Origin: Eledone cirrhosa | Lineage: Eukaryota | Assembly (NCBI GenBank): GCA_964016885.1 | Contig: OZ024749.1 | Coordinates: 19,530,001 to 19,594,000, forward strand | Length of the DNA: 64,000 bases | Direction of reading: 5' to 3' | In this document: positions 1 to 16,689 of the stretch, one piece after another | Numbering within the stretch: the first letter of the stretch is position 1 | Layout: every line of letters starts with the position of its first letter | Made by a program: the position numbers and the translations under genes | Notes under the pieces: generated by a model | Database searches by the model: none | What the model saw: only the letters and a program-made list of their open reading frames with translations | Told to the model about the DNA's origin: nothing

Positions 1-3000
1 TATACACTGTTAATGACTGTATTTACACTATCTATACACTGTTAATGACTGTATTTACACTATCTATACACTATTAATAACTGTATTTACACTATCTATA
101 CACTGTTAATGAGTGTATTTACACTATCTATACACTGTTAATAACTGTATTTACACTATCTATACACTGTTAATGACTGTATTTACACTATCTATACACT
201 GTTAATGACTGTATTTACACTATCTATACATTGTTAATGACTGTATTTACACTATCTATACACTGTTAATGACTGTATTTACACTATCTATACACTGTTA
301 ATGACTATTTACACTATACATTGTTAATGACTGTATTTACACTATCTATACACAATTAATGACTGTATTTACACTATCTATACACTGTTAATGACTGTAT
401 TTACGCTATCTATACACTGTTAATGACTGTATTTACACTATCTATACACTGTTAATGACTGCATTTACACTATCTATACACCGTTAATGACTGTATTTAC
501 ACTATCTATACACTGTTAATAACTGTATTTACACTATCTATACACTGTTAATGACTGTATTTACACTATTTATATACTGTTAATAACTGTATTTACACTA
601 TCTATACACTGTTAATGACTGTATTTACACTATCTATACCCTGTTAATGACTGTATTTACACTATCTATACTCTGTTAATAACTGTATTTACACTATCTA
701 TACATTGTTAATGACTGTATTTACACTATCTATACACTGTTAATGACTGTATTTACACTATCTATACACTGTTAATGACTGTATTTACACTATCTATACA
801 CTGTTAATAACTGTATTTACACTATCTATACACTGTTAATAACTGTATTTACACTATCTATACACTGTTAATAACTGTATTTACACTATCTATACACTGT
901 TAATGACTGTATTTACACTATCTATACCCTGTTAATGACTGTATTTACACTATCTATACTCTGTTAATAACTGTATTTACACTATCTATACATTGTTAAT
1001 GACTGTATTTACACTATCTATACACTGTTAATGACTGTATTTACACTATCTATACACCGTTAATGACTGTATTTACATTATCTATACACTGTTAATGACT
1101 GTATTTACACTATCTATACACTGTAAATAACTGTATTTACACTATCTATACACTGTAAATAACTGTATTTACACTATCTATACATTGTTAATAACTGTAT
1201 TTACACTATCCATACACTGTTAATGACTGTATTTACACTATCTATGCACTGTTAATGACTGTATTTACACTATCTATACACTGTTAATGACTGTATTTAC
1301 ACTATCTATACATTGTTAATGACTGTATTTACACTATCTATACACTGTTAATAACTGTATTTACACTATCTATACACTGTTAATGACTGTATTTACACTA
1401 TCTATACATTGTTAATGACTGTATTTACACTATCTATACATTGTTAATGACTGTATTTACACTATCTATACACTGTTAATGACTGTATTTACACTATCTA
1501 TACATTGTTAATGACTGTATTCACACTATCTATACACTGTTAATGACTGTATTTACACTATTTATATACTGTTAATAACTGTATTTACACTATCTATACA
1601 CTGTTAATGACTGTATTTACACTATCTATACACTGTTAATGACTGTATTTACACTATCTATACACTGTTAATAACTGTATTTACACTATCTATACATTGT
1701 TAATGACTGTATTTACACTATCTATACACTGTTAATGACTGTATTTACACTATCTATACACTGTTAATGACTGTATTTACACTATCTATACACTGTTAAT
1801 AACTGCATTTACACTATCTATACACTGTTAATAACTGTATTTACACTATCTATACACTGTTAATGACTGTATTTACACTATCTATACATTGTTAATGACT
1901 GTATTTACACTATCTATACACTGTTAATGTCTGTATTTACACTATTTATACACTGTTAATAACTGTATTTACACTATCTATACACTGTTAATGACTGTAT
2001 TTACACTATCTATACACTGTTAATGACTGTATTTACACTATCTATACACTGTTAATGACTATTTACACTATCTATACATTGTTAATGACTGTATTTACAC
2101 TATCTATACACTATTAATGACTGTATTTACACTATCTATACACTGTTAATGACTGTATTTACACTATCTATACACTGTTAATGACTATTTACACTATCTA
2201 TACATTGTTAATGACTGTATTTACACTATCTATACACTATTAATGACTGTATTTACACTATCTATACACTGTTAATGACTGTATTTACGCTATCTATACA
2301 CTGTTAATGACTGTATTTACACTATCTATACACTGTTAATGACTGTATTTACACTATCTATACACTGTTAATGACTGTATTTACACTATCTATACACTGT
2401 TAATAACTGTATTTATACTATCTATACACTGTTAATGACTGTATTTACACTATCTATACACTGTTAATGACTGTATTTACACTATCTATACACTGTTAAT
2501 GACTGTATTTACACTATCTATACACTGTCAATGACTGTATTTACGCTATCTATACACTGTTAATGACTGTATTTACACTATCTATACACTGTTAATAACT
2601 GTATTTACACTATCTATACACTGTTAATAACTGTATTTACACTATCTATACACTGTTAATGACTGTATTAACACTATCTATACACTGTTAATGACTGTAT
2701 TTACACTATCTATACACCGTTAATGACTGTATTTACATTATCTATACACTGTTATTGACTGTATTTACACCATCTATACATTGTTAATGACTGTATTTAC
2801 ACTATCTGTACACCGTTAATGACTGTATTTACATTATCTATACACTGTTAATGACTGTATTTATCCTATCTATACACCGTTAATGACTGTATTTACACTA
2901 TCTATATGTTGTTAATGACTGTATTTACACTATCTATACACTGTTAATAACTGTATTTACACTATCTATACACTGTTAATGACTGTATTTACACTATCTA

Positions 3001-3599
3001 TACACTGTTAATGACTGTATTTACACTATCTATGCACTGTTAATGACTGTATTTACACTATCTATACACTGTTAATGACTGTATTTACACTATCTATACA
3101 CCGTTAATGACTGTATTTACACTATCTATACACTGTTAATAACTGTATTTACACTATCTATACACTGTTATTGACTGTATTTACACCATCTATACATTGT
3201 TAATGACTGTATTTACACTATCTATACACTGTTAATAACTGTATTTACACTATCTATACACTGTTAATGACTGTATTTACACTATCTATACATTGTTAAT
3301 GACTGTATTTACACTATCTATACACTGTTAATGTCTGTATTTACACTATTTATACACTGTTAATAACTGTATTTACACTATCTATACACTGTTAATGACT
3401 GTATTTACACTATCTATACACTGTTAATGACTGTATTTACACTATCTATACACTGTTAATGACTGTATTTACACTATCTATACACTGTTAATGACTGTAT
3501 TTACATTATCTATACACTGTTAATGACTGTATTTACACTATCTATACACTGTTAATGACTGTATTACACTATCTATACATTGTTAATGACTGTATTTAC

Positions 3600-6500
3600 A
3601 CTATCTATACACTGTTAATGACTGTATTTACACTATCTATACACTGTTAATGACTGTATTTACACTATCTATACACCGTTAATGACTGTATTTACATTAT
3701 CTATACACTGTTAATGACTGTATTTACACTATCTATACACCGTTAATGACTGTATTTACATTATCTATACACTGTTAATGACTGTATTTACACTATCTAT
3801 ACACTGTAAATAACTGTATTTACACTATCTATACATTGTTAATAACTGTATTTACACTATCTATACACTGTTAATGACTGTATTTACACTATCTATGCAC
3901 TGTTAATGACTGTATTTACACTATCTATACACTGTTAATGACTGTATTTACACTATCTGTACATCGTTAATGACTGTATTTACACTATCTATACACTGTT
4001 AATAACTGTATTTACACTATCTATACACTGTTAATGACTGTATTTACACTATCTATACATTGTTCATGACTGTATTTACACTATCTATACATTGTTAATG
4101 ACTGTATTTACACTATCTATACACTGTTAATGACTGTATTTACACTATCTATACATTGTTAATGACTGTATTTACACTATCTATACACCTGTTAATGACT
4201 GTATTTACACTATTTATATACTGTTAATAACTGTATTTACACTATCTATACACTGTTAATGACTGTATTTACACTATCTATACACTGTTAATGACTGTAT
4301 TTACACTATCTATACACTGTTAATAACTCTATTTACACTATCTATACACTGTTAATAACTGTATTTACACTATCTATACACTGTTAATGACTGTATTTAC
4401 GCTATCTATACACTGTTAATGACTGTATTTACACTATCTATACACTGTTAATGACTGTATTTACACTATCTATACACTGTTAATGACTGTATTTACACTA
4501 TCTATACACTGTTAATAACTGTATTATACTATCTATACACTGTTAATGACTGTATTTACACTATCTATACATTGTTAATGACTATTTACACTATCTATAC
4601 ACTGTTAATGACTGTATTTACACTATCTATACACTGTCAATGACTGTATTTACGCTATCTATACACTGTTAATGACTGTATTTACACTATCTATACACTG
4701 TTAATGACTGTATTTACACTATCTATACACTATTAATAACTGTATTTACACTATCTATACACTGTTAATGAGTGTATTTACACTATCTATACACTGTTAA
4801 TAACTGTATTTACACTATCTATACACTGTTAATAACTGTATTTACACTATCTATACGTTGTTAATGACTGTATTTACACTATCTATACACTGTTAATAAC
4901 TGTATTTACACTATCTATACACTGTTAATGACTGTATTTACACTATCTATACACTGTTAATGACTGTATTTACACTATCTATGCACTGTTAATGACTGTA
5001 TTTACACTATCTATACACTGTTAATGACTGTATTTACACTATCTATACACCGTTAATGACTGTATTTACACTATCTATACACTGTTAATAACTGTATTTA
5101 CACTATCTATACACTGTTATTGACTGTATTTACACCATCTATACATTGTTAATGACTGTATTTACACTATCTATACACGTTAATGACTGTATTTACATTA
5201 TCTATACACTGTTAATGACTGTATTTATCCTATCTATACACCGTTAATGACTGTATTTACATTATCTATACACTGTTAATGACTGTATTTACACTATCTA
5301 TACACTGTTAATGACTGCATTTACACTATCTATACACCGTTAATGACTGTATTTACACTATCTATACACTGTTAATAACTGTATTTACACTATCTATACA
5401 CTGTTAATGACTGTATTTACACTATTTATATACTGTTAATAACTGTATTTACACTATCTATACACTGTTAATGACTGTATTTACACTATCTATACCCTGT
5501 TAATGACTGTATTTACACTATCTATACTCTGTTAATAACTGTATTTACACTATCTATACATTGTTAATGACTGTATTTACACTATCTATACACTGTTAAT
5601 GACTGTATTTACACTATCTATACACTGTTAATGACTGTATTTACACTATCTATACACTGTTAATAACTGTATTTACACTATCTATACACTGTTAATAACT
5701 GTATTTACACTATCTATACACTGTTAATGACTGTATTTACACTATCTATACATTGTTAATGACTGTATTTACACTATCTATACACTGTTAATGTCTGTAT
5801 TTACACTATTTATACACTGTTAATAACTGTATTTACACTATCTATACACTGTTAATGACCGTATTTACACTATCTATACACTGTTAATGGCTGTATTTAC
5901 ATTATCTATACACTGTTAATGACTGTATTTACACTATCTATACACTGTTAATGACTGTATTTACACTATCTATACATTGTTAATGACTGTATTTACACTA
6001 TCTATACACTGTTAATGACTGTATTTACACTATCTATACACTGTTAATGACTGTATTTACACTATCTATACACCGTTAATGACTGTATTTACATTATCTA
6101 TACACTGTTAATGACTGTATTTACACTATCTATACACTGTAAATAACTGTATTTACACTATCTATACACTGTAAATAACTGTATTTACACTATCTATACA
6201 TTGTTAATAACTGTATTTACACTATCTATACACTGTTAATGACTGTATTTACACTATCTATGCACTGTTAATGACTGTATTTACACTATCTATACACTGT
6301 TAATGACTGTATTTACAACTATCTATACATTGTTAATGACTGTATTTACACTATCTATACACTGTTAATAACTGTATTTACACTATCTATACACTGTTAA
6401 TGACTGTATTTACACTATCTATACATTGTTAATGACTGTATTTACACTATCTATACATTGTTAATGACTGTATTTACACTATCTATACACTGTTAATGAC

Positions 6501-9500
6501 TGTATTTACACTATCTATACATTGTTAATGACTGTATTCACACTATCTATACACTGTTAATGACTGTATTTACACTATTTATATACTGTTAATAACTGTA
6601 TTTACACTATCTATACACTGTTAATGACTGTATTTACACTATCTATACACTGTTAATGACTGTATTTACACTATCTATACACTGTTAATAACTGTATTTA
6701 CACTATCTATACATTGTTAATGACTGTATTTACACTATCTATACACTGTTAATGACTGTATTTACACTATCTATACACTGTTAATGACTGTATTTACACT
6801 ATCTATACACTGTTAATGACTGTATTTACACTATCTATACACCGTTAATGACTGTATTTACATTATCTATACACTGTTAATGACTGTATTTACACTATCT
6901 ATACACCGTTAATGACTGTATTTACATTATCTATACACTGTTAATGACTGTATTTACACTATCTATACACTGTAAATAACTGTATTTACACTATCTATAC
7001 ATTGTTAATAACTGTATTTACACTATCTATACACTGTTAATGACTGTATTTACACTATCTATGCACTGTTAATGACTGTATTTACACTATCTATACACTG
7101 TTAATGACTGTATTTACACTATCTGTACATTGTTAATGACTGTATTTACACTATCTATACACTGTTAATAACTGTATTTACACTATCTATACACTGTTAA
7201 TGACTGTATTTACACTATCTATACATTGTTCATGACTGTATTTACACTATCTATACATTGTTAATGACTGTGTTTACACTATCTATACACTGTTAATGAC
7301 TGTATTTACACTATCTAATACATTGTTAATGACTGTATTTACACTATCTATACACTGTTAATGACTGTATTTACACTATTTATATACTGTTAATAACTGT
7401 ATTTACACTATCTATACACTGTTAATGACTGTATTTACACTATCTATACACTGTCAATGACTGTATTTACACTATCTATACACTGTTAATAACTGTATTT
7501 ACACTATCTATACACTGTTAATAACTGTATTTACACTATCTATACACTGTTAATGACTGTATTTACGCTATCTATACACTGTTAATGACTGTATTTACAC
7601 TATCTATACACTGTTAATGACTGTATTTACACTATCTATACACTGTTAATGACTGTATTTACACTATCTATACACTGTTAATAACTGTATTATACTATCT
7701 ATACACTGTTAATGACTGTATTTACACTATCTATACATTGTTAATGACTGTATTTACACTATCTATACACTGTTAATGACTGTATTTACACTATCTATAC
7801 ACTGTCAATGACTGTATTTACGCTATCTATACACTGTTAATGACTGTATTTTACACTATCTATACACTGTTAATGACTGTATTTACACTATCTATACACT
7901 ATTAATAACTGTATTTACACTATCTATACACTGTTAATGAGTGTATTTACACTATCTATACACTGTTAATAACTGTATTTACACTATCTATACACTGTTA
8001 ATAACTGTATTTACACTATCTATACGTTGTTAATGACTGTATTTACACTATCTATACACTGTTAATAACTGTATTTACACTATCTATACACTGTTAATGA
8101 CTGTATTTACACTATCTATACACTGTTAATGACTGTATTTACACTATCTATGCACTGTTAATGACTGTATTTACACTATCTATACACTGTTAATGACTGT
8201 ATTTACACTATCTATACACCGTTAATGACTGTATTTACACTATCTATACACTGTTAATAACTGTATTTACACTATCTATACACTGTTATTGACTGTATTT
8301 ACACCATCTATACATTGTTAATGACTGTATTTACACTATCTATACACCGTTAATGACTGTATTTACATTATCTATACACTGTTAATGACTGTATTTATCC
8401 TATCTATACACCGTTAATGACTGTATTTACATTATCTATACACTGTTAATGACTGTATTTACACTATCTATACACTGTTAATGACTGCATTTACACTATC
8501 TATACACCGTTAATGACTGTATTTACACTATCTATACACTGTTAATAACTGTATTTACACTATCTATACACTGTTAATGACTGTATTTACACTATTTATA
8601 TACTGTTAATAACTGTATTTACACTATCTATACACTGTTAATGACTGTATTTACACTATCTATACCCTGTTAATGACTGTATTTACACTATCTATACTCT
8701 GTTAATAACTGTATTTACACTATCTATACATTGTTAATGACTGTATTTACACTATCTATACACTGTTAATGACTGTATTTACACTATCTATACACTGTTA
8801 ATGACTGTATTTACACTATCTATACACTGTTAATAACTGTATTTACACTATCTATACACTGTTAATAACTGTATTTACACTATCTATACACTGTTAATGA
8901 CTGTATTTACACTATCTATACATTGTTAATGACTGTATTTACACTATCTATACACTGTTAATGTCTGTATTTACACTATTTATACACTGTTAATAACTGT
9001 ATTTACACTATCTATACACTGTTAATGACCGTATTTACACTATCTATACACTGTTAATGGCTGTATTTACATTATCTATACACTGTTAATGACTGTATTT
9101 ACACTATCTATACACTGTTAATGACTGTATTTACACTATCTATACATTGTTAATGACTGTATTTACACTATCTATACACTGTTAATGACTGTATTTACAC
9201 TATCTATACACTGTTAATGACTGTATTTACACTATCTATACACCGTTAATGACTGTATTTACATTATCTATACACTGTTAATGACTGTATTTACACTATC
9301 TATACACTGTAAATAACTGTATTTACACTATCTATACACTGTAAATAACTGTATTTACACTATCTATACATTGTTAATAACTGTATTTACACTATCTATA
9401 CACTGTTAATGACTGTATTTACACTATCTATGCACTGTTAATGACTGTATTTTACACTATCTATACACTGTTAATGACTGTATTTACACTATCTATACAT

Positions 9501-9940
9501 TGTTAATGACTGTATTTACACTATCTATACACTGTTAATAACTGTATTTACACTATCTATACACTGTTAATGACTGTATTTACACTATCTATACATTGTT
9601 AATGACTGTATTTACACTATCTATACATTGTTAATGACTGTATTTACACTATCTATACACTGTTAATGACTGTATTTACACTATCTATACATTGTTAATG
9701 ACTGTATTCACACTATCTATACACTGTTAATGACTGTATTTACACTATTTATATACTGTTAATAACTGTATTTACACTATCTATACACTGTTAATGACTG
9801 TATTTACACTATCTATACACTGTTAATGACTGTATTTACACTATCTATACACTGTTAATAACTGTATTTACACTATCTATACATTGTTAATGACTGTATT
9901 TACACTATCTATACACTGTTAATGACTGTATTTACACTAT
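3600..9940. repeat. Tandem block duplication, 2 x ~3.17 kb (~99 monomers)
   Basis: Rare variants recur at an offset of 3166-3170: ATCTGTAC 3955/7121, TGTTCATG 4061/7227, GTATTATACT 4521/7687, TATACCCTG 5491/8661, ACTGTATTCA 6531/9701. Confidence 0.88.
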
Positions 9941-12900
9941 CTATACACTGTTAATGACTGTATTTACACTATCTATACACTGTTAATAACTGCATTTACA
10001 CTATCTATACACTGTTAATAACTGTATTTACACTATCTATACACTGTTAATGACTGTATTTACACTATCTATACATTGTTAATGACTGTATTTACACTAT
10101 CTATACACTGTTAATGTCTGTATTTACACTATTTATACACTGTTAATAACTGTATTTACACTATCTATACACTGTTAATGACTGTATTTACACTATCTAT
10201 ACACTGTTAATGACTGTATTTACACTATCTATACACTGTTAATGACTGTATTTACACTATCTATACACTGTTAATGACTGTATTTACACTATCTATACAT
10301 CGTTAATGACTGTATTTACACTATCTATACACTGTTAATGACTGTATTTACACTATCTATACACTGTTAATGACTATTTACACTATCTATACATTGTTAA
10401 TGACTGTATTTACACTATCTATACACTATTAATGACTGTATTTACACTATCTATACACTGTTAATGACTGTTTTTACGCTATCTATACACTGTTAATGAC
10501 TGTATTTACACTATCTATACACTGTTAATGACTGTATTTACACTATCTATACACTGTTAATGACTGTATTTACACTATCTATACACTGTTAATAACTGTA
10601 TTTATACTATCTATACACTGTTAATGACTGTATTTACACTATCTATACATTGTTAATGACTGTATTTACACTATCTATACACTGTTAATGACTGTATTTA
10701 CACTATCTATACACTGTCAATGACTGTATTTACGCTATCTATACACTGTTAATGACTGTATTTACACTATCTATACACAGTTAATAACTGTATTTACACT
10801 ATCTATACACTGTTAATAACTGTATTTACACTATCTATACACTGTTAATGACTGTATTTACACTATCTATACACTGTTAATGACTGTATTTACACTATCT
10901 ATACACCGTTAATGACTGTATTTACATTATCTATACACTGTTATTGACTGTATTTACACCATCTATACATTGTTAATGACTGTATTTACACTATCTGTAC
11001 ACCGTTAATGACTGTATTTACATTATCTATACACTGTTAATGACTGTATTTATCCTATCTATACACCGTTAATGACTGTATTTACACTATCTATACGTTG
11101 TTAATGACTGTATTTACACTATCTATACACTGTTAATAACTGTATTTACACTATCTATACACTGTTAATGACTGTATTTACACTATCTATACACTGTTAA
11201 TGACTGTATTTACACTATCTATGCACTGTTAATGACTGTATTTACACTATCTATACACTGTTAATGACTGTATTTACACTATCTATACACCGTTAATGAC
11301 TGTATTTACACTATCTATACACTGTTAATAACTGTATTTACACTATCTATACACTGTTATTGACTGTATTTACACCATCTATACATTGTTAATGACTGTA
11401 TTTACACTATCTATACACCGTTAATGACTGTATTTACATTATCTATACACTGTTAATGACTGTATTTATCCTATCTATACACCGTTAATGACTGTATTTA
11501 CATTATCTATACACTGTTAATGACTGTATTTACACTATCTATACACTGTAAATAACTGTATTTACACTATCTATACACTGTAAATAACTGTATTTACACT
11601 ATCTATACATTGTTAATAACTGTATTTACACTATCTATACACTGTTAATGACTGTATTTACACTATCTATGCACTGTTAATGACTGTATTTACACTATCT
11701 ATACACTGTTAATGACTGTATTTACACTATCTATACATTGTTAATGACTGTATTTACACTATCTATACACTGTTAATAACTGTATTTACACTATCTATAC
11801 ACTGTTAATGACTGTATTTACACTATCTATACATTGTTAATGACTGTATTTACACTATCTATACATTGTTAATGACTGTATTTACACTATCTATACACTG
11901 TTAATGACTGTATTTACACTATCTATACATTGTTAATGACTGTATTCACACTATCTATACACTGTTAATGACTGTATTTACACTATTTATATACTGTTAA
12001 TAACTGTATTTACACTATCTATACACTGTTAATGACTGTATTTACACTATCTATACACTGTTAATGACTGTATTTACACTATCTATACACTGTTAATAAC
12101 TGTATTTACACTATCTATACATTGTTAATGACTGTATTTACACTATCTATACACTGTTAATGACTGTATTTACACTATCTATACACTGTTAATGACTGTA
12201 TTTACACTATCTATACACTGTTAATAACTGCATTTACACTATCTATACACTGTTAATAACTGTATTTACACTATCTATACACTGTTAATGACTGTATTTA
12301 CACTATCTATACATTGTTAATGACTGTATTTACACTATCTATACACTGTTAATGTCTGTATTTACACTATTTATACACTGTTAATAACTGTATTTACACT
12401 ATCTATACACTGTTAATGACTGTATTTACACTATCTATACACTGTTAATGACTGTATTTACACTATCTATACACTGTTAATGACTGTATTTACACTATCT
12501 ATACACTGTTAATGACTGTATTTACACTATCTATACACTGTTAATGACTATTTACACTATCTATACATTGTTAATGACTGTATTTACACTATCTATACAC
12601 TATTAATGACTGTATTTACACTATCTATACACTGTTAATGACTGTATTTACGCTATCTATACACTGTTAATGACTGTATTTACACTATCTATACACTGTT
12701 AATGACTGTATTTACACTATCTATACACTGTTAATGACTGTATTTACACTATCTATACACTGTTAATAACTGTATTTATACTATCTATACACTGTTAATG
12801 ACTGTATTTACACTATCTATACATTGTTAATGACTGTATTTACACTATCTATACACTGTTAATGACTGTATTTACACTATCTATACACTGTCAATGACTG

Positions 12901-13650
12901 TATTTACGCTATCTATACACTGTTAATGACTGTATTTACACTATCTATACACAGTTAATAACTGTATTTACACTATCTATACACTGTTAATAACTGTATT
13001 TACACTATCTATACACTGTTAATGACTGTATTTACACTATCTATACACTGTTAATGACTGTATTTACACTATCTATACACCGTTAATGACTGTATTTACA
13101 TTATCTATACACTGTTATTGACTGTATTTACACCATCTATACATTGTTAATGACTGTATTTACACTATCTGTACACCGTTAATGACTGTATTTACATTAT
13201 CTATACACTGTTAATGACTGTATTTATCCTATCTATACACCGTTAATGACTGTATTTACACTATCTATACGTTGTTAATGACTGTATTTACACTATCTAT
13301 ACACTGTTAATAACTGTATTTACACTATCTATACACTGTTAATGACTGTATTTACACTATCTATACACTGTTAATGACTGTATTTACACTATCTATGCAC
13401 TGTTAATGACTGTATTTACACTATCTATACACTGTTAATGACTGTATTTACACTATCTATACACCGTTAATGACTGTATTTACACTATCTATACACTGTT
13501 AATAACTGTATTTACACTATCTATACACTGTTATTGACTGTATTTACACCATCTATACATTGTTAATGACTGTATTTACACTATCTATACACCGTTAATG
13601 ACTGTATTTACATTATCTATACACTGTTAATGACTGTATTTATCCTATCT
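9240..13650. repeat. Tandem block duplication, 2 x ~2.2 kb, with a third related copy at ~1050-3200
   Basis: TATTCA 9705/11943 (also 1518), the TGC of AACTGCATTT 9991/12229 (also ~1804), ACAGTTAATAA 10777/12951, TGTACA 10996/13170 (also 2807). The offset falls from 2238 to 2174, i.e. by 2 monomers. Confidence 0.82.
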
Positions 13651-16600
13651 ATACACCGTTAATGACTGTATTTACATTATCTATACACTGTTAATGACTG
13701 TATTTACATTATCTATACACTGTTAATGACTGTATTTACACTATCTATACACTGTTAACGACTGCATTTACGCTATCTATACACCGTTAATGACTGTATT
13801 TACACTATCTATACACTGTTAATAACTGTATTTACACTATCTATACACTGTTAATGACTGTATTTACACTATTTATATACTGTTAATAACTGTATTTACA
13901 CTATCTATACACTGTTAATGACTGTATTTACACCATCTATACACTGTTAATGACTGTATTTACACTATCTATACACTGTTAATAACTGTATTTACACTAT
14001 CTATACATTGTTAATGACTGTATTTACACTATCTATACACTGTTAATGACTATTTACACTATCTATACACTGTTAATGACTGTATTTACACTATCTATAC
14101 ACTGTTAATAACTGTATTTACACTATCTATACACTGTTAATAACTGTATTTACACTATCTATACACTGTTAATGACTGTATTTACACTATCTATACACTG
14201 TTAATGACTGTATTTACACTATCTATACATTGTTAATGACTGTATTCACACTATCTATACACTGTTAATGACTGTATTTACACTATTTATATACTGTTAA
14301 TAACTGTATTTACACTATCTATACACTGTTAATGACTGTATTTACACTATCTATACACTGTTAATGACTGTATTTACACTATCTATACACTGTTAATGAC
14401 TGTATTTACACTATCTATACAATGTTAATGACTGTATTTACACTATCTATACACTGTTAATGACTGTATTTACACTATCTATACACTGTCAATGACTGTA
14501 TTTACGCTATCTATACACTGTTAATGACTGTATTTACACTATCTATACACTGTTAACGACTGTATTTACACTATCTATACACTATTAATAACTGTATTTA
14601 CACTATCTATACACTGTTAATAACTGTATTTACACTATCTATACACTGTTAATAACTGTATTTACACTATCTATACGTTGTTAATGACTGTATTTACACT
14701 ATCTATACACTGTTAATAACTGTATTTACACTATCTATACACTGTTAATGACTGTATTTACACTATCTATACACTGTTAATGACTGTATTTACACTATCT
14801 ATACATTGTTAATGACTGTATTTACACTATCTATACACTATTAATGACTGTATTTACACTATCTATACACTGTTAATGACTGTATTTACGCTATCTATAC
14901 ACTGTTAATGACTGTATTTACACTATCTATACACTGTTAATGACTGTATTTACACTATCTATACACTGTTAATGACTGTATTTACACTATCTATACACTG
15001 TTAATGACTGTATTTACACTATCTATACACTGTTAATAACTGTATTTACACTATTTATACCCTGTTAATAACTGTATTTACACTATCTATACACTGTTAA
15101 TGACTGTATTTACACTATCTATACACTGTTAATGACTGTATTTACACTATCTATGCACTGTTAATGACTGTATTTACACTATCTATACACTGTTAATGAC
15201 TGTATTTACACTATCTATACACCGTTAATGACTGTATTTACACTATCTATACACTGTTAATAACTGTATTTACACTATCTATACACTGTTATTGACTGTA
15301 TTTATACCATCTATACATTGTTAATGACTGTATTTACACTATCTATACACCGTTAATGACTGTATTTACATTATCTATACACTGTTAATGACTGTATTTA
15401 TCCTATCTATACACTGTTAATGACTGTATTTACATTATCTATACACTGTTAATGACTGTATTTACACTATCTATACACTGTTAATGACTGTATTTACACT
15501 ATCTATACACCGTTAATGACTGTATTTACACTATCTATACACTGTTAATAACTGTATTTACACTATCTATACACTGTTAATGACTGTATTTACACTATTT
15601 ATATACTGTTAATAACTGTATTTACACTATCTATACACTGTTAATGACTGTATTTACACTATCTATACACTGTTAATGACTGTATTTACACTATCTATAC
15701 ACTGTTAATAACTGTATTTACACTATCTATACATTGTTAATGGCTGTATTTACACTATCTATACACTGTTAATGACTGTATTTACACTATCTATACACTG
15801 TAAATAACTGTATTTACACTATCTATACATTGTTAATAACTGTATTTACACTATCTATACATTGTTAATGACTGTATTTACACTATCTATACACTGTTAA
15901 TAACTGTATTTACACTATCTATACACTGTTAATAACTGTATTTACACTATCTATACACTGTTAATGACTGTATTTACACTATCTATACACTGTTAATGAC
16001 TGTATTTACACTATCTATACACTGTAAATAACTGTATTTACACTATCTATACATTGTTAATAACTGTATTTACACTATCTATACACTGTTAATGACTGTA
16101 TTTACACTATCTATACACTGTTAATGACTGTATTTACACTATCTATACACTGTTAATGACTGTATTTACACTATCTATTGACTGTTAATGACTGTATTTA
16201 CACTATCTATACACTGTTAATGACTGTATTTACACTATCTATACATTGTTAATGACTGTATTTACACTATCTATACACTGTTAATAACTGTATTTACACT
16301 ATCTATACACGGTTAATGACTGTATTTACACTATCTATACATTGTTAATGACTGTATTTACACTAACTATACACTGTTAATGACTGTATTTACACTATCT
16401 ATACACTGTTAATAACTGTATTTACACTATCTATACATTGTTAATAACTGTATTTACACTATCTATACACTGTTAATGACTGTATTTACACTATCTATAC
16501 ACTGTTAATGACTGTATTTACACTATCTATACATTGTTAATGACTGTATTTACACTATCTATACACTGTTAATGACTGTATTTACACTATCTATACACTG

Positions 16601-16689
16601 TTAATGACTGTATTTACATTATCTATACACTGTTAATGACTGTATTTACATTATCTATACACTGTTAATGACTGTATTTACACTATCTA

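Noticed and set aside
1-32. Promoter elements (TATA, TATACT/-10-like) or plasmid iterons
   Set aside because: Short AT-rich matches are inherent to the monomer, there is no downstream gene or rep ORF, and the copy number is far beyond iteron arrays.
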